From contig CM052828.1 in assembly GCA_028534125.1 (NCBI GenBank), positions 54,374,001 to 54,438,000 of the forward strand: 64,000 bases of DNA. The letters run 5' to 3'. How positions within the stretch are numbered: position 1 is the stretch's first letter; each line of letters begins with the position of its first letter. The DNA is from Lama glama. Taxonomy: Eukaryota. Made by a program: the position numbers and the translations under genes. Below the pieces are notes generated by a model, which did no database searches, was not told the DNA's origin, and worked only from the letters and a program-made list of their open reading frames with translations. This document shows positions 54,702 to 64,000 of this stretch, one piece after another.

Positions 54702-54753
54702 AAAGAAGAAGAAGGGGGAGGGGGAGAGGGCAGAGGAGGAGGAGGAGAAGAAG
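54702..54753. repeat. Polypurine (GAA/GGA/G-run) tract
   Basis: 52 nt of purines with a single C interruption at 54731. Confidence 0.85.
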
Positions 54754-54864
54754 CAAGCAATGGTAAGAATAAAATCATGTCATCTCCAGGGACAGTGATG
54801 CAGACACAGACCCTTGTTTATCAAGGGATGCTCTTCTAGGCACCTGTGCTAGACATGCTTGGAA

Positions 54865-54990
54865 CACACATTTAAAATTCTGATTCTGAGGCATGTGCAA
54901 CTTACTGAATCAGAACCTTTTAGGTTAATGTTCTGGGATCTGGATATTTACAGTGAGTCATATGGATGAATGTTGAGGATTGTGAACCAG
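54865..54990. mobile_element. Degenerate MER5-like hAT relic
   Basis: tttaaaattctgattctgaggc...cttactgaatcagaacct...gggatctggatattta. Confidence 0.45.
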
Positions 54991-55621
54991 TATAAGAATA
55001 TCTGAAGGTCTGATACTTTGTTCCTATATTATAAGCATAATTTTTTATAAAGGCACAAGTTATGAATTTAACTCAGCTAGTCCTTTGCTCTATTATCCAG
55101 TGTTTAAAACTGCCTCTATTGATTCTGTATACTTAGAAATCAAGCAAAATATACTAGAAAGCTTTTTCAAGAAGTCACGCTATTTTATAATGTATAATAT
55201 CTATCTTCTCCTGTGCAGATGCTGTTGACCTCTTCTCTTCATCTCTGTCTGACAGGAAGAAAAGGAAAACAATCACTATCCATCAAAGAACAATTCTTTC
55301 TCTGTCTTCACACTAACACAGCCCTTAGACACGATTCTTCGGGGATAAAAGAGTTTGGTCATCATCCAGCACTCATTTGGTGGGTTGATAATCCACCTCG
55401 ATATCCTGGGTCCCAAACGGAATGCAGCATCTCCTCCACCCAAGCCCCCTCTTCCTTCCAGGTTTTGTTTTCTCCCTGGAAAGCATCACAGCCCAGGTTC
55501 TGAGTTAGTCATACCAGGGTGAACCAGGATTCTGTCACCTCCTACACCCACACAACTGAGTTTCTCTCTAACTCCTCAAAAAACACTTCCAAATTTCTCT
55601 CACCCTTTCCAGTTCCTTAAT

Positions 55622-55900
55622 TCAGGGGTTGCCAATGCCAGTGTCTCTAGGTGGGGAAACAAATTTAACGTGTGTGTAGGAATAAAGTTATCGTGTGTGT
55701 AGTGTTTTCCTTTACACAATTAAGCAGTAGTTGTAATTGTTGCCAAACTGTAGACTATAGAGTGCTTGCCCCACCTAAAGGCATTCAGATCACGGTGGGG
55801 GGGAGCGGCGCTGGGGGGGGGGGGTGTGACGCGCGCGCACGCGCGCGCACACACACACACACACACGCTGTCCAAGCAAAACAAATGCTTGTAGTTTACA
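55622..55900. mobile_element. Possible MER102-like hAT-Charlie relic containing a G-run/(CG)n/(CA)n insertion
   Basis: caggggttgccaa start, tgccccacctaaaggcattcaga, and caagcaaaacaaat near the end; diverged. Confidence 0.4.
55829..55868. repeat. Compound (CG)n/(CA)n microsatellite
   Basis: acgcgcgcgcacgcgcgcgcacacacacacacacacacgc, 40 bp of strict purine-pyrimidine alternation. Confidence 0.95.
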
Positions 55901-55939
55901 AGCCCTATTTAATTTCCTCTCCTTTTTTCCTTCTTTTTT

Positions 55940-56134
55940 TTTCATTCCCCCATTCTCCTACTTTCCTGCCTGGCAACCACTGCTCAAGACTCCACTTCTC
56001 TGTATTCAACTTGTTTAGATTCTACCTGTAAGCTCATGCAGTTTTTTCCTTTATGTGTCTGGCTTATTCTACTGAATATAACACCCTCTAGGTTCATCCT
56101 TGTTGCAAATGGCAGGATTTTTTAAGGGCGATAA
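55940..56134 (-). mobile_element. L1 (L1MA/MB-like) fragment
   Basis: cctggcaaccact...tttagattctacctgtaag...tgtgtctggcttattctactgaatataacaccctctaggttcatcc...tgttgcaaatggcaggattt. Confidence 0.8.
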
Positions 56135-57322
56135 TGTCCCACTGAACACTCAGCACCCCTCCCCTGGGCTATTGCAGTGGCCCTCATGTTGCCACGTGTC
56201 TCTCGCCACCATTCTTACTGCTGCAGGTCTAATCCTTTGGGGCTTAGTACGGAAGTATGGAAAGATGAAGCGGCAGTGCTTCCTCGTTTGCAGAATAACG
56301 TGACCCAGGCACGGCTGCCGTTCTGGAAGACAAGGCTGGGGGGAGGGGAAAGAGGTGAAAGTGGTTATGGGGAGACAGGAGGAAAACTACTTCAGGTGTG
56401 GTTGGAAACTCCAGCCTGTGCTTCTAGAGGGAGGGTTTTGTTTTCTCCAACCCGTAACAGGAGGCTGGAGCCAGGAGTCAGGTGGATTCTGGGAACGTGA
56501 TGGAGAGAGGCAAGCCACGGCCCGCCCTCTCGCGTCTCGTGTGTTGTGTCTTCCCCGTTTTGCTCCCTTGCCCGTCTCCTCCCCCCAGCCTCTCTTCTTT
56601 CTCTTTCGTTTCTCCCCCTCCTCCAGTGCGGCCTAATGCCTCTTCCTACTGCTGACTTATTATCTCCTCTCCATTTCTCTTTTTTCCCTCTTCTTCCTCT
56701 TAAGCTGTTGGTATCTTTTTCATCTCAACTCCAGTTCCTTCCTTCATATTCCATAAAACGGCACTGAAACTCGGACAGCCCAGAAGTCCATTTATTGATT
56801 TTTATTGCCTACTATCAACCTAACAATAAATGAATGGGATGTTTCATATTTTCCTTTTGTCCAAAGACTCCTTAAAATTAGTTACACATAGTCTACCATT
56901 TGCATTTGTTTCCTTTTTTTTCCCCTTTCTGGTGAATGAATTAAGTAGAATGATGGCTTTCTTGCCTTTGTCATAACCAATCATATTCTGTGCATCAGAA
57001 TTCAGGGTCATGGGAATGCTGGCGGGAAATTAACTGAAGTACCATGTTCACTTCCTTATTACTAGAACTTATCTTAGCCAAAGTACTGAGAAAGGATAAA
57101 GCCATTTTTAGCCTGGATAACACATCCAACTGAGTCATAATACGGAGGTGACTATAGGAAAACTTAATGAAAAAGAAATGTATATTACACATACTAAGTA
57201 AAGTTTTAGAGTAGGTGTTAATTTTAAAACTATTATTTGACATTTCATAAAGAGAAATAGGGACACTCTGATCAGAAGTATAATCATGTGAATAAATATG
57301 TATATAATTTAGGTGTAATGTG

Positions 57323-57454
57323 NNNNNNNNNNNNNNNNNNNNNNNNNNNNNNNNNNNNNNNNNNNNNNNNNNNNNNNNNNNNNNNNNNNNNNNNNNNNNN
57401 NNNNNNNNNNNNNNNNNNNNNNNNNNNNNNNNNNNNNNNNNNNNNNNNNNNNNN
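57323..57454. other. Assembly gap (132 N)
   Basis: Run of N. Confidence 1.
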
Positions 57455-58864
57455 TACTGTTTGTGCAGAACAGATGCATACAGAGTCATAACAAAGACAT
57501 TAACAATCATCTCAAATTTAATACGCTTTTTTAATAAAGAAACTGACCCATTCAGAGAGATGAAGGATGAAAGATGGGAGAATTTCCATTCTAAAAGGAG
57601 CACGTCTGATAATCAGATTGATAGAAACCTGCTTGGTTATAGTTTTGCCCCTCTGCTCCCTGGGGTCACATCAGAGAGCAAACGGCCAGTCCCCAGGAGG
57701 AGCGTCCTCGGATGCTGCTGAGGCCTTTGGCTCACCTGCAATGCATATTGATGGCCAGTGACAGTCACTATAGCTCCGATTACCTGATTAGTCCCAGGCA
57801 CTGCCTGGTACCTAAAGAAAAAAAAAAAAAAAACACTGGCAGGCATGGCTCACCCTACCAGCACTGAGATGAACACTGCACAGTTTCCTGAGGTTGGATG
57901 TCCACAGATGTTATTCAGAGACAGGATGGGTTTCAGGGATGTGCAAAGATCTCCCATAATACTCCATGGGCGCGGAAATACAGGTGAGTGAGTGTGTGTG
58001 CCTTTGGATGAGTAATTTCCAGGGAAGAACAGAAAGAGCCTGAAGGAAAGCAGACACCACACTGTGAAATATCAAAGCAGTTCCATCTCTAGGCCCAAAC
58101 TTGAGCAATGAACAGAGGAGCAAATATCAAGAGGAAAACACATTGTTCCATCCTGTTTTGCTAGAGCTGTGGACTCGAAGAAAGATGTACCACTGATGGT
58201 AGGAGGCAGGGAGCTCTGAGACTTTCCCGTCTGGGTGTTCTTGGAAGGTTGAGGACAGACAGAAACACAAAGACACGTAATTAAGAGATGGTTGCTGGCA
58301 CAGACGAGGGACAGTGGAACCACCTTTGTAAAAGAGGTTCATGAAAATCTTTCTGAAAGATACGACTATAGTATCAGAAACCTGTCTCATGCAAGGTAGA
58401 TAAGACTTTGAGGTCCTTGAAAATGCTTTTTGCAGACTATACAGCATTTAGCTTTTCTTTTCCTTAATTAAAGAATATTTCACACACATACACCCCACCC
58501 CATACATTCAATGTGCATTGATAGCTGGGTGAAGTGACGTTAGGATAAAGGGGTATCAGTGTCCAAGTGTCCCAGAGCCCGAGCTGCTGCTTCAGTAAGC
58601 AGGAGTGCAGAACTGCTCTAAATCTCTGCAAAATTCAACTTAGTAGCAGATGAAGTTAGGAAAACCAAATATTTAATTTTACTCAATGTCGGTTTCTGTG
58701 CCTGGGCAGTCTGCCTCCCAATTCTCCCCAACTCTACTCTCACCACTTTGGTCTAAGGCTACCATCACCTCCCCCACCAGCCACTGAAACGATGCTTGTT
58801 GGGTGTTTGTTGATTGTTGGGCTACTGGCTTTGGAATGACCCGCCAGTGGGTGAGTGAGGGAGG

Positions 58865-58985
58865 TAGGGGCTCCTTACTAAACTGTAGATTCCTGGGCCT
58901 CCCACCAGACATACTGAAATGAAATATCCAGAGGTTGATCCAAGGCATTTGCATTTTTCCTTTCTTTCCAGGTAATTCTTAGGAG
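58865..58985. mobile_element. MER5-like hAT-Charlie fragment
   Basis: gtagattcctgggcctcccaccagacatactgaa...ggcatttgcattttt...ccaggtaattctta. Confidence 0.65.
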
Positions 58986-59320
58986 CTTTGATATTTGCAC
59001 AACACAGCACAGTGCACTTTCTTGATTCGTTTTTAAAATCTATAGGAAAGGGGTTTGTCTTCCTCTCCACTTGTATCACTTGGTTCAGAGGCTCGGACGA
59101 AATACCAGTTTTAGGAGAACACCAGAGCTCACTGTCTAGATGCCTGCATCTGGGTAATAGAAACATTTGCAACCCCATGAAAAATAATATTCCCATAAAT
59201 GTGATAAGACAGCAAAAAATGAGTCTACACATTTTATGTACATTTTTTAACCCCATCCTTGAGAAAAATCAACCAGATTTAAACCAGAAATTCAAACCCC
59301 CAAATTATCTTAAAACATTC

Positions 59321-59464
59321 NNNNNNNNNNNNNNNNNNNNNNNNNNNNNNNNNNNNNNNNNNNNNNNNNNNNNNNNNNNNNNNNNNNNNNNNNNNNNNNN
59401 NNNNNNNNNNNNNNNNNNNNNNNNNNNNNNNNNNNNNNNNNNNNNNNNNNNNNNNNNNNNNNNN
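59321..59464. other. Assembly gap (144 N)
   Basis: Run of N. Confidence 1.
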
Positions 59465-60757
59465 CCAGGCAGCCTGGGACATGATAACGTGATAACACAG
59501 GAACTGACCCTCAGGCCCAGGGTCCTGGGCCTCACCGGTTGTATCATCATCAGTCCCTTTTCCTTCCACCTCTCCCCTCCCCCACTTTCTTTTCTTACAT
59601 CAGAAACACATTCTGACTTCAGCTATTCTTTATCTCTGCCCAAATGATGAATGATATTTTTCTTTCATTCGAAATTTTTCCTCAGTGTTCAGAATTTACA
59701 TTCAAACCTTGTCTTTCTACAGAGGATTTCTTAGTCTTTCAAAGTCAGAGTTTGTTGGGAAAAGAAAAAAAGAAACTTGACTGTTCTATAGATAGTTTAT
59801 AGTGGGTCAAAATACATTTTTTCCCTAAACATCATTTCAAACTCATTCTTTAAAAAAGTATTTACTTGTCAGTTTCTGTTTTGTGACTGTGCAGCCTGCG
59901 TTCTACCTTCAAGCAAACTGTTTGCATCTGTCATCAGATCTCTCGAGACGCATCTTTAAGTGACATACTACAGTCATTATGACCACAAAAGAAATGACTA
60001 TTGTCATATTGAAGAAGAGATTCCACAAGGAACAAGCGCCTTCTGCATTGGAAATGTGATTATTTACATCTCAGTCAAGATGGGTTTTTTTGGTCCCCCT
60101 GAGGCGGAACTGTCTGACAAATTAAAATCTTTATTTGGATGGCAAGGGATTATGAGAGTTACCTTCTGAAATACAAACAGAGGACTGTACACCTCACGTC
60201 AAATCCCTAGTGCGACTTTCATTTAACAGAACTCTCGTTGAATATTTTACTGCCCAACTTCTCAATCTATAAAGTATCAAAATTGTTCTCATATTAGACA
60301 CTAGTTTAAGCTGATGTTTTAAAAGTGGGCATGAGCTTAAAACAGACACATTTCCCAGACTTAAATATTTATTAACCTTTTTCTTTAAATCTGAGCTTGA
60401 GTGGCATTTTCCTTTTAAAAAAGTTTTTCAATTTAGTTCAAAACTTCTTAGTTGGGTTAACCATGTCAGCTTTAAAAATTTAAGCTCAAATGTCACATGT
60501 AATACATTTTAAGATTATTAAATGCCCAGCATATAATATCAAACTTTTTCCGTTTTTTCCGATCATTTTCTACAATTTTAATTTTTTTATTTAAGAATCT
60601 CCAAGGAAAGCAGATTATGTTTCAAATTATAATTCTTAATAACTGAATTAAGTTTCTTCCCTAGGTTACAATTCCCTAAAGATTTTCCTTACAACATCTC
60701 GTGTTTATAACCTCTTGTTAGCACAAGTGCCAGACCATATTATGAAAAATGTCTGGC

Positions 60758-60997
60758 GCATGGAAGCGGTGGAGTGAAACACAGTTAATGAGTCAGACTA
60801 ACGATGCTTGAACTCTGCCTTCACTGACTACTACCTGGGTGACCGACCGCACAGATTCGTAAGCTCTCTGTACACTGGCATTATCATTTTAATGGTATTT
60901 GCTTAATAAATTGGGAGAATTAAATGAGCTAAGACTGTAACATGCTTAGAAGAGTACCAGGCAGAGTGCTTCAATACTAACCATTATTATTATTATA
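60758..60997 (+). mobile_element. MIR SINE, near full length
   Basis: gagtcagact...ttgaactctgccttcactgactactacctgggtgacc...ctctctgt...gagaattaaatgagctaa...tgtaacatgcttagaagagtaccaggca...ccattattattatt. Confidence 0.8.
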
Positions 60998-62240
60998 TGT
61001 TATAGCAGCTGTTATATTATTATTTTAGTAGGCTCTCAGTAGCTAATTGTGGAATAAATGACTGAATGTGGGAAAACATTGTTTTTACTGAAATATTTGA
61101 ATTTCATTACATTGAAACAAACAGAGCACTTTAACTAGAGAATGCTAGTAAAAAGTCGAAATCACATTCGATTTTTATCTAAATCCTCCTCCCGCAAGAT
61201 GCTGAAGATTCTAAGGGCCTGGCCTGGGCAGCGGGACCTCTTTAGGTAGGGCTGAGTAAAGAGAGTGCCCCTTACCAGGTCCTGGGTTCAGAGCAGAGAG
61301 TCAAAAATGAGAAGAGGAGAAAGCCAAGGTCTGCAAATCAGAGATTCAAGGCACCAAAAGGGAGGCTCAGAAGCCAAGTGACTGGACAGTCAGGGAGGTG
61401 AGAGAGGAAAACAATGAGTCAGATGATAAGTCTGATGCTGCTAGTGGGACAAATCCTGGGGCCGGTGCTGTTGCCCACAGATCTGATTCTTGGGCGGAAA
61501 GGCCACATTTAAGGTGCAGAGGATAGAGGACTGGGCAGTCAGTGCCTTCCTCACGTCTACCCCCGCTGCACCATTTACACCGCACCGAACACAACCAGAC
61601 ACGTGCTCACGATGACATTCCCTACCTTTAAAAAAATGGCACATGTGTGCAATTCCATCACAAAAATAGAAAGCATCTCCCTCAGAAGCAAAAAGATGAA
61701 ACAAACATTTACATTTCCCCTGACATCAATGCACACCCCAGAGCACAACAATGTGATAAAATCATCAGCAGACACAGACCTAGAGGCTGCGGCAGAGACC
61801 GCATCTAACGATTTTTAGGCATCTCAGAGATTACTTGGGGGAAAGAGAAACAAACAAAAATAATGAAACAAATGTCAAATCAATGAAATTGACTTTTATC
61901 TGAAATAGGGCATCTCTAGAAAATGATCATTATCTGAATCGAGTTTTTCCTAAAGGAGAGAGGGAATTCTAGCTCCATTTTGCTCCCAATATGTTAAACA
62001 TTCATCTTGGCCAACAAAATGCAATTTGCACAATGTGGGGCCCAGGTCCACGGGCTGGAACACCCTTCATGGAACTCAGAGGAAGGTTCCAAAGTGACAG
62101 GAGCCTTTCCCAGCTCACCACAAAGGGAATCCACAGCTCACATTTCATGTTCTGTGACAGGATTTCCCGGATTTGCTAAAGAAAACATATCACATTTCAT
62201 GGGAGGCCCCAGAGAACACTTCTGCTCTGCTTCAGTTTTG

Positions 62241-62242
<2 letters not shown>

Positions 62243-62276
<34 letters not shown>
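62243..62276. repeat. (GT)17 microsatellite
   Basis: Perfect dinucleotide run. Confidence 0.98.
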
Positions 62277-62281
<5 letters not shown>

Positions 62282-63100
62282 GTGTGTGTTTACGTGTAGT
62301 TTTTTGAGGATGGTATTTCGCAACAACAGTTTTTAAGAATTTATATGAAGATGGCATGCAAACCCAAATAAGATTATTTTCTCTGAGGCTCTATGACTAT
62401 CATCTGTCAATTTTTGATCAAAGAATAGAGGAAAGAAGTATTTTCATCCAAGTCTCCATTGCTTGGACCTGTGGCAGAAACGAATTCTAACCGCACTGTA
62501 ACCTATGGCTAATCAGAATGTGGATTATTTGTAAACAGTAAATATTCCAGAAGGGGCTGGAAAAGCGCTCAGCTTCTAATACACATTAACTCAAAACAGA
62601 GACCGGCTTTAATTGAAATGCAATATACATTTTGATATCAGAAGTATTTTCCCAGTAAAACATTTATACAATTTGAATTCTTAGTTTTAGAAAAACTACT
62701 GTCTCCCGAATTTTCTTTTTCAGGATTCCCATTAATTCTGTTTCTTTATATAAAATAATCTTTCACAAGAAACTCCCTAAGACAGGTACCTTTCTAAATA
62801 GAAATAAAAAAAGATTATAGGAACAGCAACTCTTTCACAATCGCTCAATTTTCTGTGAACTGGGACATTTAAAATATGCAAACGCACAATTTTTAGAAAT
62901 AATATGACTCTTCTGCTTGATAGATTAATGTTATCAAACACTGATGAATAATGAATTAACAGCCCCTGCAGCATCGTAGTAAAGGTCAAATACTGCAGCA
63001 AAGATGAAGGGGTCACCAGGCAGAGAACGTTCTCATCTTTGTGGTGGTTGCTGTTGCTATTTTGCAGACATTGCACTAACGGCCAACACCTGGGCCTGTT

Positions 63101-63106
63101 ACTTAC
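63101..63106 (-). promoter_or_regulatory. FGF14: 5' splice donor GTAAGT of the FGF14 exon
   Basis: Plus-strand acttac reads GTAAGT on the minus strand directly after the Ser codon TCA; consensus U2-type donor. Confidence 0.95.
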
Positions 63107-63210
63107 TGACGGGTAGAGGTAACCTTCTCCATTCATGGCTATGTACAACCCTGTCTTCACGCCCTGGATGGCGACGACGCGCAGGCCCACGGGTATGAGG
63201 TTGAACAGTG
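63107..63210 (-). CDS. FGF14: FGF14 (fibroblast growth factor 14 / FHF4) internal coding exon, 104 bp, phase 1 start, phase 0 end
   Basis: Minus strand reads ctctttacag|CA CTG TTC AAC CTC ATA CCC GTG GGC...TAC CCG TCA|gtaagt, translating to (T)[43 protein letters not shown]...YLYPS distinguishes FGF14 from FGF12 (VKASLYVAM...YLYSS) and FGF13 (VQTKLYLAM...YLYTS). 104 nt is the typical size of this FGF core exon. Confidence 0.97.
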
Positions 63211-63236
63211 CTGTAAAGAGAAACGCCGTCTGTCAC
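63211..63236 (-). promoter_or_regulatory. FGF14: 3' splice acceptor, polypyrimidine tract and probable branch point of the FGF14 exon
   Basis: Minus strand gtGAcagacggcgtttctctttacAG: pyrimidine tract tttctcttt, CAG acceptor, and a TGAC candidate branch A at -23. Confidence 0.85.
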
Positions 63237-63285
63237 CAACGGGCAGGACCGAGCAACGGGCAGCACCAAGCAACGGGCAGCACCA
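63235..63285. repeat. Tandem repeat, 3 x 17 bp (agcaacgggcagcacca)
   Basis: accaacgggcaggaccg / agcaacgggcagcacca / agcaacgggcagcacca: two identical copies plus one with 3 mismatches. Confidence 0.95.
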
Positions 63286-64000
63286 CTTCCCTTTCTTCCA
63301 CCTCTTCTATTTAAGAAACATCATATCTGTTACAACCTTCTGAGAAGTTCCAACTTACTAACTTTGATTTCTCTGTATAATTCAGAAGTTTCTGTCGTGA
63401 GTAAAATTAGCACGGGAGCTCAATGTGCAGACCTTAGCAGTCTCCCTACGGCAGCCTGGGGAGCTGGCGGGATGATGAGCAGAATCCAGCCTGTGATGGT
63501 GATTCTAGCATCGTAGCCTCTGACACCATTTGATACAAAAAGAAATCAGCGGTGAAGGTGCTAAAAGAGCAGAATTACAAAAGCCCACGTTAAATGTTTT
63601 TTTGTTTGTTCTGATCTTTTAGGCAGAAGGTCTGCTTCATCATCGCAATGTAGGACAGGCCAGAAGTCAAACAGGTAATTCCAAAACTAAATTACTCTTG
63701 TGGAACCAACATAATACGCCAGCAGAGCTCAGAAAAGATGTGCACCTGCCAATGTGCTGAATTTAGAAAGAACTAATCAAACTGAATGGCATGCAAATTC
63801 TAGACAGATCATTTTCCTTATTAAATTTTCATAAAACTATAAGTGAAAACTAAAGAGGGAACAGTGTTCGATTCCATCCATCTGAGACATCAAAACTTGT
63901 GTTTCCATGATTTGTTTCTTCTCGTATTGACAAAAAAGTATTTTTATGTACATTTCACTTGGTGTAGATAGCAATGTTATAATTAATTTTTTTTAAAGTC

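Larger units (their letters stand above)
1..63106 (-). other. FGF14: Large FGF14 intron downstream of the 104-bp exon (partial)
   Basis: Follows the donor at 63106. The next exon (ELFTPECKFKESVFENYY...) was not found in the window or the ORF track. FGF14 is known to have very long introns. Confidence 0.85.
63211..64000 (-). other. FGF14: FGF14 intron upstream of the 104-bp exon (partial)
   Basis: Precedes the acceptor at 63211; no upstream exon seen before the window end. Confidence 0.85.

Noticed and set aside
47643-59647. Long ORFs containing X runs (47643-48220, 56995-57721, 58988-59647)
   Set aside because: They are artefacts of translating through N gaps.
63107-63210. FGF11/FGF12/FGF13 or a processed pseudogene
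   Set aside because: Diagnostic residues match FGF14, and intact splice sites flank a single exon, so it is not a retrocopy.
63235-63285. CRISPR-like direct repeats
   Set aside because: The copies are head to tail with no spacers, in eukaryotic intronic DNA with no cas genes.
1-64000. A novel multi-gene biological system
   Set aside because: Apart from one FGF14 exon, the window shows only intronic sequence and familiar mammalian repeat classes; no additional genes or RNA genes can be supported.

Overview
This is mammalian genomic DNA, almost certainly camelid (camel, alpaca or vicuna), judged from three tRNA-Ala-derived vic-1-type SINEs with target-site duplications. The only supportable coding sequence is one 104-bp internal exon of FGF14 (FHF4) on the minus strand at 63107-63210, with canonical splice sites, encoding (T)[34 protein letters not shown]. 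The next FGF14 exon (ELFTPECKF...) was not seen, so 1-63106 appears to be part of one very large intron. That intron contains L1, L2 and MIR fragments, MaLR and ERV LTRs, hAT-Charlie (MER5-type) DNA transposon relics, microsatellites and three assembly gaps. I found no convincing new gene system, and the other ORFs in the track look spurious. The most interesting observation is an adenosine-free, YGCY-rich 3x17-bp tandem repeat in the branch-point zone just upstream of the FGF14 exon. Also notable are a G-run/Z-DNA composite, an apparently young SINE with intact Pol III boxes, an antisense solo LTR and a TGACA motif cluster. Repeat family names come from recalled consensus sequences, not from a database search, and repeat boundaries are approximate.
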